21,599 bases of DNA. Source: Candidatus Sumerlaeia bacterium. Lineage in GTDB: Bacteria > Sumerlaeota > Sumerlaeia > SLMS01. Below, piece by piece: positions 1 through 9,589 of this stretch. The number at the start of each line of letters is the position of its first letter. Positions within the stretch are counted from its first letter, which is position 1. The DNA lies in the NCBI GenBank assembly GCA_038208905.1, contig JBBQYG010000057.1, positions 1-21,599 of the forward strand. Reading direction: 5' to 3'. The position numbers and the translations under genes are program-made. Below the pieces are notes generated by a model, which saw only the letters and a list, made by a program, of their open reading frames with translations, was not told where the DNA came from and ran no database searches.

Positions 1-559
1 GTTCGTCCGGGGGGCGTTCTGCCTGCACCAGCCGGGCGCCGAGGATTTCGACCGAGGTCTTTATCGAGGCGAGGGGGTTGCGGATCTCGTGAGCGAGCCC
101 CGCGCTCAGTTGCCCCAGCGCCGCCAGTCGGTCTGCGCGGCGAAGCTGTTCTTCAAGGAGGAAGAGTTCATCGGTTTTGGACTTGAGCGTTGTGTACGCC
201 TGCTCGGCCTCCGCCCTCGCCCGTCGCTCCGACTCGCTGGAGGTCCGCAGTCGATCTGTGAGCCAACCGGTCAGGCAGCCAACCACCAGATACATGAAAA
301 CCTCCATGAAGCGGTAGAAGGTGGAATGCGGGCCGTGCCAGCCGTGGATGGCGTGAGGGAAATAGGCGATCGCGATCAGCACAGCGGTGATCAGCCCGCC
401 GCGCGCACCAAACCAGAGTCCGGCGAGGATCACGGGCAGGTAGTAGAAACGCTGATAAATTTCGTGAGTGGGGCCATCATGAGCGTCGGTGACGTAGTGC
501 GCCACGGTTGGGACAATCGAGAGGGCCGCGACGACGGTGATCTGGTAAGAGCGTTTCAC
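1..559 (-). CDS. Membrane sensor histidine kinase, N-terminal part (runs off the left edge)
   Basis: Not in the ORF track. Manual translation from GTG at 559 gives [51 protein letters not shown]...[32 protein letters not shown]. It has several hydrophobic segments and an NtrB-type H-box (AHEIRNPL). The GTG overlaps the TGA of the upstream regulator (GTGA). Confidence 0.92.
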   Translation of the reverse strand, partial: MKRSYQITVVAALSIVPTVAHYVTDAHDGPTHEIYQRFYYLPVILAGLWFGARGGLITAVLIAIAYFPHAIHGWHGPHSTFYRFMEVFMYLVVGCLTGWLTDRLRTSSESERRARAEAEQAYTTLKSKTDELFLLEEQLRRADRLAALGQLSAGLAHEIRNPLASIKTSVEILGARLVQAERPPDE

Positions 560-1959
560 TCTGCCGCCTCCCCCTTGCCTTCTCCATAAGGTTGGATCAC
601 GCCGATCTTTTGAAGCCGATAGATGAAGGCCTGGCGTGAAAGACCGAGGAGCTTGGCACCGCGCGTCTGGTTGTTTCCGCTTTGCTCCCACGCAGTAAGC
701 AGCAATCGCCGTTCGATCTCGTCGAAGCTGATTCCCGCTGCCGGCAAGATGATCGTCCCGCCCGCCAACAGTCCAGCAGTCGGATCAGCCGCCCCGGCAA
801 TCGCAAGGGGCGTCAGGTCACTTGGTTCAAGGCACTTCAGGCCCGGCCTGAGCGCACAAGCTCGCAGCATGAGGTTTTCCAGCTCACGCACGTTTCCCGG
901 CCAGGGATGATGCCGCAACAGCCCAAGGGCATCCGGCGAAACCTCTGCCCCCGGTGAGCCGTGCCGCGCAAGAAGCGTTCGCGCAAGGAGTTCGATGTCC
1001 TCGCGACGTTCGCGAAGCGGGGGAAGTTCCACAGGAACGACGGCAAGCCGATAGAACAGATCGCGGCGAAACTTACCGTCATCAACCAGCGCCTCCAGCG
1101 GCTGATTCGTGGCCGCAACAACACGCACCTTCACGCGGCGCACTTGGTTCTCGCCAATGCGCTCGATCTCCCCTTCCTGCAAGGCGCGGAGGAGCTTGGC
1201 CTGAAGCGGCAAGGGCATGTCGCCAATCTCGTCAAGGAAGAGGGTCCCATTGTCCGCCGCCTCGAACTTCCCAACGCGATCGCCGTGGGCACCGGTGAAG
1301 GAGCCCTTCTTGTGGCCGAAGAGTTCCGATTCGAGCAACTCGGCAGGGATGGCGGCGCAGTTGAGCACGACGAATCTTCCCGAAGAGCCGCGCGGCCCGT
1401 CCTCGTGAAGGGTCCGAGCGGCCAGTTCCTTGCCAACACCCGATTCACCTCGGAGCAGCACCGTCGCCGGAGACTCCGCCAGTTGGCTGAGCAGACCCCG
1501 GAGCGACTGCATCACAGCCGAGGCACCCAGCAAACGATCGACAGCCCGCCCACCATGGACGCGTTCTCTCAGGATGCGGTTCTCCGCCCGAAGCTGTTGG
1601 CGCTCCAGCGCTCGGGAAATTGCCATCCTCAAGGCGTCCTGATTCAAGGGCTTGGTGACGAAATTGACGGCGCCCGCCTTCATCGCCTCAACAGCGCTCT
1701 CGATGCTGCCAAACGCTGTCACGACGATAACCGGTGTCTCATCCCCCCGCCGCGCTTTCTCGGCGAGAAAGGCCATCCCATCCAACACAGGCATCTTCAG
1801 GTCGCACAGAACAAGATCGGGTTTTCCGGAGGAGAGCAGATCCAGCCCCTCCTGCCCGTTCGCTGCTGCAACCACGGCGTATCCCGCCTGCTTGAGGGCG
1901 TAGGTCACCACCTGACGGAAGTTCTTGTCGTCTTCGATCAGCAGGATGTTGGAGGTCAT
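556..1959 (-). CDS. Sigma-54-dependent response regulator (NtrC family: receiver, AAA+, Fis-type HTH)
   Basis: Receiver (ILLIEDD, DLKMP, KP), Walker [24 protein letters not shown] loop, [24 protein letters not shown]-terminal [19 protein letters not shown] 1959 (MTSNILL) chosen over the ORF-track start at 2052. Confidence 0.96.
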   Translation of the reverse strand: MTSNILLIEDDKNFRQVVTYALKQAGYAVVAAANGQEGLDLLSSGKPDLVLCDLKMPVLDGMAFLAEKARRGDETPVIVVTAFGSIESAVEAMKAGAVNFVTKPLNQDALRMAISRALERQQLRAENRILRERVHGGRAVDRLLGASAVMQSLRGLLSQLAESPATVLLRGESGVGKELAARTLHEDGPRGSSGRFVVLNCAAIPAELLESELFGHKKGSFTGAHGDRVGKFEAADNGTLFLDEIGDMPLPLQAKLLRALQEGEIERIGENQVRRVKVRVVAATNQPLEALVDDGKFRRDLFYRLAVVPVELPPLRERREDIELLARTLLARHGSPGAEVSPDALGLLRHHPWPGNVRELENLMLRACALRPGLKCLEPSDLTPLAIAGAADPTAGLLAGGTIILPAAGISFDEIERRLLLTAWEQSGNNQTRGAKLLGLSRQAFIYRLQKIGVIQPYGEGKGEAAE

Positions 1960-2096
1960 GCGGAGCCCTTCTACGAAACCGGGGTGGAGGAATAGTCTGC
2001 GCTTGGGCTCCCGATTGCGGCAAGCGTTCTCCCTCACGGCGATTCCTTTCAAGCGTCGGAGTGCGAGGGCGTAGCGCCAGCGTGCCCCGTAGCAGT

Positions 2097-2123
2097 GGTT
2101 TACGCCGTAAACCTTTTGTTTTT
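2097..2123 (+). promoter_or_regulatory. Perfect inverted repeat followed by a T-tract (operator or terminator-like)
   Basis: GGTTTACG-C-CGTAAACC at 2097-2113, then TTTTGTTTTT, in the divergent intergenic region. Confidence 0.4.
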
Positions 2124-2246
2124 CAGTGTTCTGAATCTCGCCTGCGGATCAGAAGGTCGGCAGGTCGAATCTCTCATGGCGCGCAATTCAAATTGCTCGA
2201 CTTAGCAGGCGCTTGCGATCCTACCCGGCGGCGTTTCCGTTTGTGG

Positions 2247-2271
2247 TTCCAAGTCTCTTCCAAGTCTCTTC
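2247..2271. repeat. 11-bp tandem direct repeat (about 2.3 copies)
   Basis: TTCCAAGTCTC TTCCAAGTCTC TTC. Confidence 0.8.
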
Positions 2272-2443
2272 GGCTTCCACCTGTTGGCGGGCTTGGAAGA
2301 TGCCTTCTTCGAGAGGCCCAATTCGCGGTGGCGTCGGGCCTTTTCCATCGACCTGATCCGGCCCTGCAATCAGCGTACGGCGGCGCTTGTCATGACGACG
2401 GCGCATTCCCGCAAGGATCGGCAGCCCGCGTCACAGGGGCGCC

Positions 2444-5400
2444 ATGTCGATGTCCGATATTCAAGTGCCCACAATCGGAAAGCCGCCGCCCGACCTTCCC
2501 GATGGACCAGAGACTTCCTATATGGGACCCGGCGGCGCGTGGCTCGCGGCGGATGTTCAACCGGATCCCGAGGCCGAATCACTTGGGACGGACGCGACGA
2601 TGGCGAGGCCCGCGGTATCCGATTCGCGGATATCGGCTTCTGAATCTTGGGGCACGCTCACCTTTGGCACGGCCCCGGCCCACGATGCCTTCGGGCCGGT
2701 ACCGGGAAGCGCCAGCGGCTACCGCTCGATCTCCTCCATCGGCGAGGGGGGCGTCGGCGAGGTTTGGAAGGCGGAACAGGTCAGCCTGGGCAGGACCGTC
2801 GCCATCAAGCGCATCCGCGAAGATCTGACGCGCGAAGGCGAGCAGTCCACGCCGGCAAGCATCCTTCTGCACCGCTATTTCCTCCGCGAAGCCAAGACGG
2901 CGGCGCATCTGGACCATCCCAATATCCTGCCAGTTTACGATCTGGGCCTTGATGAGTCGATGAAGCCCGTGATCGCGATGAAGCTGGTCACGGGAACACC
3001 GTGGTCGCGGCTACTGAGGTCCGATTTCACCGAGATGGCCGGGGAAGACTATCTCCAGAAGCACTTTTCGATCTTCATGGCAGTGGTTCAGGCGGTTGCC
3101 TTTGCCCATTCGCGCGGCATCGTACACCGCGATCTGAAGCCCTCCCAGGTGATGGTGGGCGAGTTCGGCGAGGTGCAGTTGATCGATTGGGGCCTGGCCG
3201 CAAGCGTTGATCCCGCCACGCTGCCCGAAATGTGGCGGCCCTCCAATCCCCAGCTTCCGCCCAACGTGTCCACTGCCAACAATCCCGCTGGAACCGCGGC
3301 CTACATGGCGCCAGAGCAGACGGAAAGCACCGCCGCGAAAATTGGCCCATGGACGGATACCTTCCTACTCGGCGGAACGCTTTACACCATCCTCACGGGT
3401 TCCGTCCTCTACATCGGAAAGACTTCGCGCGAGGCGTTTCGGCAGGCACAGGTCGGCCAGTGGCGCCCCATCGACGTGGCTGCGGAGGGGCGCGCCGTTC
3501 CGCCCGAGCTTGCCGCGCTGACGGAGGAGTTGCTCGTCCCCGACTGGCGCGATCGCAAGCTGACCGCGGCGGCGCTGCTTTCCCGCCTGCGCGAGTACCT
3601 GACGGGTACGGCGCGGCGGCGCGAGGCCATCGAGCTGGTGGCGCTCGTGAGAGAGGAGATGGCGTCGAAGCTGGAAGGATACGGGGATTTCGAGCGGCTT
3701 CTCGCTCGGCTGGAGCGCTCGCTGAACCTCTGGCAGGGAAGCGCAGAGGTCGCTCCGCTGCGGGAGGAGCTCCACCGCCGCTACGTGGGGCTGGCGCTTC
3801 GCAACAACGACCTGGTTCTGGCACGTCTCCAGTGCATGGGGGTTTACGACGCGGGTGAGCGGGAGCGCCTCCTGGCAGCGATCGCGGCGCGGGAAGCGGC
3901 GCTCGAGCGGCGAGAGGGTCAGCGCCGCTCGGCGATCCGCGGCGTGTTGGCGCTCACGGGTTGCTCGCTTCTTTTCGCCGCCTATGCGTGGCGCCAGAAG
4001 GGCAAGGCCGACACGGCGCGCGATCTCGCCGAGGCGAGCCAGAACCTTGCGCAGCGGGAGCAGTATTTTGCGGCAGTTGGGTACGCCGATGCCTCGATCA
4101 ATTCCATCAACCTGCGCAAGGCGCGGGAAGTCATCCAGAGCGCGCCAGAGCCGCTCAGGGAGTGGGAGTGGTACTATCTGAAAAAGCGGATGCGGCTCTT
4201 CGCGGATTCCATCGACGCCCCCGCCCAGCTTCTGTGTTGCGAGTGGTCGCCGGACGGAAAGCATCTGGCCTTTGGCGGTGAATTCAAGTCGCTGTCGATC
4301 TTCGACCTCGAGTCGCGGGCAACCACTCCGCTCGTCGGGCACGAGGACAAGATATACAACGTCGCCTACTCACCCGATGGGACGCGCCTGCTTTCGACTT
4401 CCAAGGACAAGACGGCGAGGCTGTGGGACGTGGCGACGGGCGAGTGCCTGCGAGTCCTGGAGGGGCACAAGGGATGGGTCTATGCCGCGGAATTCCATCC
4501 GACGAAGCCGCTGGTCCTGACATCCTCCGGGGACTTCACCGCGCGCATCTGGGACTTGGAATCGGATAAGTTCACGGAACTCGCGGGGCATACGAAGATC
4601 GTGTTTTCGGCGGTCTTTACATCGGATGGCAAGCAGGTCGTCACTGGCTCGCGCGACCGATCCGTGAAGTTCTGGGACGTGGAGACCGGGGAACTCCTGC
4701 GCACGCTCCAGACGACGCATCGGAGCGGTGTGACGTCGGCGGTCCTCAGCCCCGCCGGGAACCTGCTGATGACAACCTCCTGGGACGGCGACGCGAAAAT
4801 CTACCTCGCGGATACCTTCGAGGAAACGGCCACGCTCCGGCTGCATACCGACGCGGTGTATCGCGGGCTTTTCGCGAAGGACGGAGAGCATGTCTATACG
4901 TTCTCCCATGACGGGACATTCGCCCTGTGGAACGTGGCGTCGGCGCGCCCGATGGCAAGGTACTCCGGCCACGAGGGGCTGATCTGGGATGGCGCCTTCG
5001 ATCCGGAACGCAAGCGGCTGGCCACGGCGGGCTATGACAGCAAGGTTCTGGTCTGGGATATCCCGATGATCGATCCGACGCCCCAAGTACTTGACGAGAA
5101 TCCGATGCCGGTCGAATGGAAGTCGGCGGAGAGGGCCTCGGTGTATTCCTCCGCCGACTCCTCCTATGCAAGCCTCGACGATCAATGGGAGAGTCCGGAG
5201 GGGGCCAGGTTGGTATCGGCCTCGGGCGTCAAGGCCGTGATTGCGAGCGGTCGAAATGCAATCAGCGACAATGGGCGCTATCGCGTCGTGTTCGATCAGC
5301 CCGGCGATGTGTTTGACAGGGAGAAGAAGAACGTCGCGGCCAAGCTCTCGCCCGACGCCGTCAAGACGGCGGCGTTCTCTCCCGATGGATCGAGCCTTGT

Positions 5401-5974
5401 GCTCGCGTTCGATAACGCCGCGGCGATCTACGAAACCCGCAACTGGAAGCAGCGGCAGTCGATCCCCGAAGGCCCCCCCGTGAGGCACGTCAAGTTCAGC
5501 GGCGATGGGTCTCTCTTTGCCGTCGCGCGGTGGATAGACCGAACCTCCAATACCGTGGAAGTCTATCGGTCCGCGACGATGGAGAGGGTCTTCGGGGAAA
5601 CCGGCGACTGGGGCGAGTCGGATATTTTTGCCTTCTCGAGCGACAATCGCACGATGGCCTTTGCCACACTGAAGGAATGGCTGATCAGGTCCGTCGATCT
5701 GGAGAAGGGCACGATGGCTTTGGACTTCACCGGGCACACAAACCGGGTCGTTGGACTCGCGTTCCTACCGGACTCCTCCCGCCTTTTCTCCGTGGCGATC
5801 GATTCCACTTTCCGCGCTTGGGACGCAGAGAACGCGAGGGAACTGCTGCTGCGAAGCGAGGCCAGCGGCGACCAGTATATTGGCATCGCCGTCGCCTCCG
5901 ACGGGCGGACGCTTCTCCTCCCCAGCAATATGGGGCGACTCTACGTCTTCGGCGCCGATGGATACGATCCGTAG
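2444..5974 (+). CDS. Hanks-type Ser/Thr protein kinase with a TM segment and C-terminal WD40 repeats
   Basis: GEGGVGEV, VAIK, HRDLKPSQ, DWG, GTAAYMAPEQ. Hydrophobic segment VLALTGCSLLFAAYAW. Many GH...WD repeats (e.g. GHEDKIYNVAYSPDGTRLLSTSKDKTARLWD). The start could be 2444 or 2450. Confidence 0.95.
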   Translation: MSMSDIQVPTIGKPPPDLPDGPETSYMGPGGAWLAADVQPDPEAESLGTDATMARPAVSDSRISASESWGTLTFGTAPAHDAFGPVPGSASGYRSISSIGEGGVGEVWKAEQVSLGRTVAIKRIREDLTREGEQSTPASILLHRYFLREAKTAAHLDHPNILPVYDLGLDESMKPVIAMKLVTGTPWSRLLRSDFTEMAGEDYLQKHFSIFMAVVQAVAFAHSRGIVHRDLKPSQVMVGEFGEVQLIDWGLAASVDPATLPEMWRPSNPQLPPNVSTANNPAGTAAYMAPEQTESTAAKIGPWTDTFLLGGTLYTILTGSVLYIGKTSREAFRQAQVGQWRPIDVAAEGRAVPPELAALTEELLVPDWRDRKLTAAALLSRLREYLTGTARRREAIELVALVREEMASKLEGYGDFERLLARLERSLNLWQGSAEVAPLREELHRRYVGLALRNNDLVLARLQCMGVYDAGERERLLAAIAAREAALERREGQRRSAIRGVLALTGCSLLFAAYAWRQKGKADTARDLAEASQNLAQREQYFAAVGYADASINSINLRKAREVIQSAPEPLREWEWYYLKKRMRLFADSIDAPAQLLCCEWSPDGKHLAFGGEFKSLSIFDLESRATTPLVGHEDKIYNVAYSPDGTRLLSTSKDKTARLWDVATGECLRVLEGHKGWVYAAEFHPTKPLVLTSSGDFTARIWDLESDKFTELAGHTKIVFSAVFTSDGKQVVTGSRDRSVKFWDVETGELLRTLQTTHRSGVTSAVLSPAGNLLMTTSWDGDAKIYLADTFEETATLRLHTDAVYRGLFAKDGEHVYTFSHDGTFALWNVASARPMARYSGHEGLIWDGAFDPERKRLATAGYDSKVLVWDIPMIDPTPQVLDENPMPVEWKSAERASVYSSADSSYASLDDQWESPEGARLVSASGVKAVIASGRNAISDNGRYRVVFDQPGDVFDREKKNVAAKLSPDAVKTAAFSPDGSSLVLAFDNAAAIYETRNWKQRQSIPEGPPVRHVKFSGDGSLFAVARWIDRTSNTVEVYRSATMERVFGETGDWGESDIFAFSSDNRTMAFATLKEWLIRSVDLEKGTMALDFTGHTNRVVGLAFLPDSSRLFSVAIDSTFRAWDAENARELLLRSEASGDQYIGIAVASDGRTLLLPSNMGRLYVFGADGYDP

Positions 5975-6070
5975 CGATAGGTTGGAGTTGCCGCCGGGAA
6001 AATCCTGTCTCCCAATTGACGGACGCCGTGCGAGTGATACGCACAGGTGGAACTGGCGAGGTTTCGACGC

Positions 6071-7492
6071 ATGAGAGTCTCGGATCGGATTCGCATTCTG
6101 GCATTCGCGATCGCGGCGGCAGTCGCCGCGGCGGATTCCCACGCCCAGCGGTCGTTTCCCGTCTCTCCCCTGCCCGCTGCCCGCAACCTCCACGGCACGG
6201 CGCTCGTTGGCGACTACCTCTACGCGGTATCGGGCGATACGCCGTCGGGGTTCACGGCCTCGGTGCTCTCTGCCCGCGTGAATCCGGACCGCACTCTGGG
6301 CGTGTGGGCGGAAAACCGCGCTCTCCCCGCGAAGCTCATCTACATCGGCAATTCCGTCTTGGCTGTCGGCGGTGTCGTAATCGTCGTGGGAGGGCAGGAG
6401 GTCGAGGAGTCCTTCAGCGCGACGGCCTATTCCAAGAAGCCGAGCAACGTCGCCTTTTTTTCGCGCGCGGGCGCCGCGGGGACGCTGGGGCCGTGGCAGA
6501 AGAGTGCCCCCTGGCGGAGTACGGCGTCCGTGGGCGCGGCAGCCGTCAGCGACGGCAAGCACATCTATGTGATCGGCGGACAGGATGCCAGCGGCGCAAT
6601 CACCGGCGAGGTCCACGGCGCCAACATCGATCCCGCGACCGGCGGGCCCTCGACATGGTTCCGCATGCCGGATCTTCCAACGCCGCTCTGGTTCCACGGC
6701 GCCTTTCACCACAACGGGGCGATCTATACGGTGGGGGGCCGCGCGGGGGATGGCGAGGGCACGACGACCGACAGGATATTCCTCTCCAAGATTCAGTCCG
6801 ATGGCTCACTCTCGTCGTGGTCCGAATCGCCAGGCAGGCTGGCGTTCCCCGTCAATGGCGCGTCGGTCTGCGCCTCCGACCAGTACATGTTCCTTTTTTG
6901 CGGGCGCACGACCGGCGGCGAACTCGTCGAGCGGATACAGTACGCCGAGCTACTCCCCGATGGCATCACCGAGTGGGAAGCGGCGAATACAACCCTGACG
7001 GCGCGCTACTACTCCTCGGCGGTGCTGGACAGCGCACGGCGCGCGATCTACATCGTGGGCGGTCGCTATGCCACGGCGTTCACCGACATCAACCGCGAAG
7101 TATTCTGCTATCCATTGGCCGCGAGCGCGGCGAGCGGTCCATCGACGAGCAGTGGACAGATCGCGACGCCCGGTTTTCGCGCACTGGGCCCCGCGCTGGC
7201 GCAGGGCGAGCGCGAAGGCAAGAACATCCTGATGGTCTTCTATTCGGCCAATGTACAGCCGTCGCGCAAGCTGGCCGAGACGCTCTCGGCGTCCGCATCC
7301 TTCTTTACCGAAATCAATGCCGCGGCGGTTCCCGTTCTGCTGGAAGTCGCCGAGCACGGCGAACTGGTCAGGCGATACGAGATTGTTCGCGCACCGACCT
7401 TCGTACTCACGACACCCTCCGGCGTTACGATTTCCACGCGGACGGGGATCCTCTCCCAGCAGGAAGTCGTCAGCTTCGCCCGCGGCCGGTAG
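6071..7492 (+). CDS. Secreted Kelch-repeat beta-propeller protein with a C-terminal thioredoxin-like domain
   Basis: Signal peptide MRVSDRIRILAFAIAAAVAAADSHA. Six Kelch-like repeats (LYAVSG, IVVGG, IYVIGG, IYTVGG, MFLFCG, IYIVGG). C-terminal GKNILMVFYS...RRYEIVRAPTFVL resembles a Trx fold. Start ATG 6071 inferred (ORF track: 6047). Confidence 0.85.
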   Translation: MRVSDRIRILAFAIAAAVAAADSHAQRSFPVSPLPAARNLHGTALVGDYLYAVSGDTPSGFTASVLSARVNPDRTLGVWAENRALPAKLIYIGNSVLAVGGVVIVVGGQEVEESFSATAYSKKPSNVAFFSRAGAAGTLGPWQKSAPWRSTASVGAAAVSDGKHIYVIGGQDASGAITGEVHGANIDPATGGPSTWFRMPDLPTPLWFHGAFHHNGAIYTVGGRAGDGEGTTTDRIFLSKIQSDGSLSSWSESPGRLAFPVNGASVCASDQYMFLFCGRTTGGELVERIQYAELLPDGITEWEAANTTLTARYYSSAVLDSARRAIYIVGGRYATAFTDINREVFCYPLAASAASGPSTSSGQIATPGFRALGPALAQGEREGKNILMVFYSANVQPSRKLAETLSASASFFTEINAAAVPVLLEVAEHGELVRRYEIVRAPTFVLTTPSGVTISTRTGILSQQEVVSFARGR

Positions 7493-8150
7493 TCGCGACG
7501 TCGCGATCCGCATCGAGCACCAGCAGCGCCCCGCACCCATCGCACACGGGATCGTCCAGATAGCCGCGCACGAGGCCGCGTAGCGCAAACCCGAGCCGCG
7601 CCTGCACCGACACTGTCGGGTCGAAGATCTCGCCCCGCGCCAGTTGATCGTAGTACTCCTCCGGCGAGCACGATTCGCGCACCGCGCCGTATCCGCTCAG
7701 CATCCCCACCGCCACCTGCCCGCGCAGCCCAAGGGCACGCACGACCTCGTGAAGCGCCTGGAACAGGGCCCTCGCGATGCCGCGTCCCCGATAGTCGGGA
7801 TGCGTGCCGATGTCGGCGCAATAGAGCCACGCGCCCTCGGGCTCGTGCGAGGTCAAGTACCCGCCCTGGATCAACTCTGCGAAAGTGTGGCCCGGATGAT
7901 CGAAGTCGAAATCGAGCCGGATGTTGCTGGTCGCCCCCGCCACGCGGTCGCCATCGAGGACGACGAACTGGCCCTCGGGAAAGAGCTCGATGTGCCTGCG
8001 ATAGTGCTCCGCGCGGAAGCGCTCCTCGTGGGCCAGCGTCGGGAACACGGTGATCTGGAGCTGCTCGAGCTGGTCGGCGTGCTCCGGCCGCGTTGATGCG
8101 ACGACGAGGCCGCCGGGCAGTTCGCGTCTATACGGAAGTGGGAAATCCAT
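7470..8150 (-). CDS. GNAT-family N-acetyltransferase
   Basis: MDFPLPY... with acetyl-CoA motif A DIGTHPDYRGRGIARAL and an FPEGQFVV motif. Starts 14 bp after the solute-binding protein stop. It is the 3' part of ORF 7470..8930. Confidence 0.88.
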   Translation of the reverse strand: MDFPLPYRRELPGGLVVASTRPEHADQLEQLQITVFPTLAHEERFRAEHYRRHIELFPEGQFVVLDGDRVAGATSNIRLDFDFDHPGHTFAELIQGGYLTSHEPEGAWLYCADIGTHPDYRGRGIARALFQALHEVVRALGLRGQVAVGMLSGYGAVRESCSPEEYYDQLARGEIFDPTVSVQARLGFALRGLVRGYLDDPVCDGCGALLVLDADRDVATTGRGRS

Positions 8151-8164
8151 GGTATCTGCCGACG

Positions 8165-9589
8165 CTATCTCGGCGTGCGCTCCGCGGCCTCGTTGATGCG
8201 GTCGAGAATGCGGCGCTGCATCGACGCCTCCATCTTCTCGACCATCTCGGCGGGAGTCTGGCGGTTCTGGAGAAGCAGGTCGATCTGGGGATTGAAGACG
8301 TCGGACTCGAGTGTTCCGTAGAGCGGGATCTGAGGGATGCGCTTGGCGAGGCGGAGCTGGAGCATGAACTTGGGGACGTAGGGGTACTTGGTCATGTCCA
8401 GATTCTCCCATGCGGCGAGGCGGACGGGGATCTGGCCCAGCGTGGTGGACCAGCGCCGCTGCACGGGCTCGCTGGTGAAGTAGCTGAGCATCTGGAACGC
8501 CAGGTCGGGATCCTTGGAGGATCGCAGGATGACGCCCGTTTGCCCGCCGACGTTCGACGACGACCACGCCTGGATTCCGAGGCTTTCGACCAACTCGGGA
8601 TCGGAAGGCGGCAGACCGAGCGCGTCGATCTCCGCCTGCGTCGGCGCAGGGATCAGCGCCACGTCGAAATCGAGTCCGGCGTTGGTGAAGTTCTCCACGT
8701 TCCACGGGCCCGACAGCGCCATGGCGTAGTTGCGGTTGAGGAATCCCGCGTCGGGGCCCAGGGCGCTGCGCTTCCACGCGCCGCCCTCCACGCCGCTGTT
8801 GACGATGGCCAGAATGCGGGTCATCGCGGCGATGCCGTTGGGCGTGTCGATGTCGGGATGGCCGACGCCCTGCTCGTCGTACTTCACAAAGCCGACGCCA
8901 TACATGTTGAAGAAGGGGAAGTTGAACCACAGCGAGCCGTAGGTTCCAAACGCATAGACGCCGCGCTGGGTGTCGGTGAGCACCTTGCCATAGGCCACCA
9001 TCTCGTCCCAGTCCCGCGGGGCGCGGTTGGGATCGAGCCCCGCCGCGCGCAGCTCAGTCGCCTTGTTGCGGAATATCTCGCGATTCCAGAAGAGCGAGAC
9101 GGTGGTGGTCTGAACCGGGAATCCGTAGAGACCCGTCTCTCCGAGCCTGTTCACAAGTCCCGCGTCGAACGAGGCGCCGACGAATTGCTCCCGAGCAGTT
9201 TCGATCGTGCCGAAGTCGCGCTTGAAGGACTCCAGCTCGTCGAGCCGCACGAGCCCCTTGCCGAAGCTCATGTCGGTGACCTTGATCGCATCGAGAAAGG
9301 CCACATCCGGCGTGATGTCGGCCATCGCCGCCGTCTTCAGCTTCGTGAACATGTCGTTGTAGGCGACATACTGCAAATCAACGATCAGGTTCTTGCCGTT
9401 CTTCGACTCCCACTCCTTCTCGAAATCGTTCATGATCTCGCGAAAGACGGCGGTCTCCTCCGTGTTGAAAGCCTGCCAAATCTGGATGCGGACGGCGCCT
9501 TCGGGGACCTTGCCGCGCGGATCGCCGCAGGAGCCAAGGGCGAGGAGGGACAGCGCGGCGGTGCCGATTCTGAGCAGGCGGGCGATCAT
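8165..9589 (-). CDS. Sugar ABC transporter solute-binding lipoprotein (family 1, MalE-like)
   Basis: Lipobox LLALGS-C after MIARLLRIG. Motifs PDVAFLD, YGFP...LFWNREIF, APRDWDEM, SGPW, GGQ, GQIP. The ATG overlaps the permease TGA (ATGA). Confidence 0.93.
   Translation of the reverse strand: MIARLLRIGTAALSLLALGSCGDPRGKVPEGAVRIQIWQAFNTEETAVFREIMNDFEKEWESKNGKNLIVDLQYVAYNDMFTKLKTAAMADITPDVAFLDAIKVTDMSFGKGLVRLDELESFKRDFGTIETAREQFVGASFDAGLVNRLGETGLYGFPVQTTTVSLFWNREIFRNKATELRAAGLDPNRAPRDWDEMVAYGKVLTDTQRGVYAFGTYGSLWFNFPFFNMYGVGFVKYDEQGVGHPDIDTPNGIAAMTRILAIVNSGVEGGAWKRSALGPDAGFLNRNYAMALSGPWNVENFTNAGLDFDVALIPAPTQAEIDALGLPPSDPELVESLGIQAWSSSNVGGQTGVILRSSKDPDLAFQMLSYFTSEPVQRRWSTTLGQIPVRLAAWENLDMTKYPYVPKFMLQLRLAKRIPQIPLYGTLESDVFNPQIDLLLQNRQTPAEMVEKMEASMQRRILDRINEAAERTPR

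Noticed and set aside
89-589. 166-aa plus-strand ORF
   Set aside because: Antisense shadow of the histidine kinase, which has a clear H-box on the minus strand.
961-1995. 344-aa plus-strand ORF
   Set aside because: Antisense shadow of the NtrC-family gene; no motifs.
1960-2443. Sigma-54 (-24/-12) promoter next to the NtrC-type gene
   Set aside because: Candidates such as TGGCGCGCAATTCAAATTGC lack the required GG-N10-GC spacing.
4230-5950. Repetitive DNA in the kinase 3' half as a possible array or CRISPR
   Set aside because: Explained by degenerate protein-level WD40 repeats; no identical repeats with spacers.
5530-7563. 677-aa Arg-rich plus-strand ORF
   Set aside because: Alternate-frame artefact of GC-rich codon usage overlapping the kinase and Kelch genes.
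8151-8930. Apparent long N-terminal extension of the GNAT (ORF 7470..8930)
   Set aside because: Low-complexity Arg/Pro off-frame read-through of the binding-protein gene; the real start is ATG 8150.
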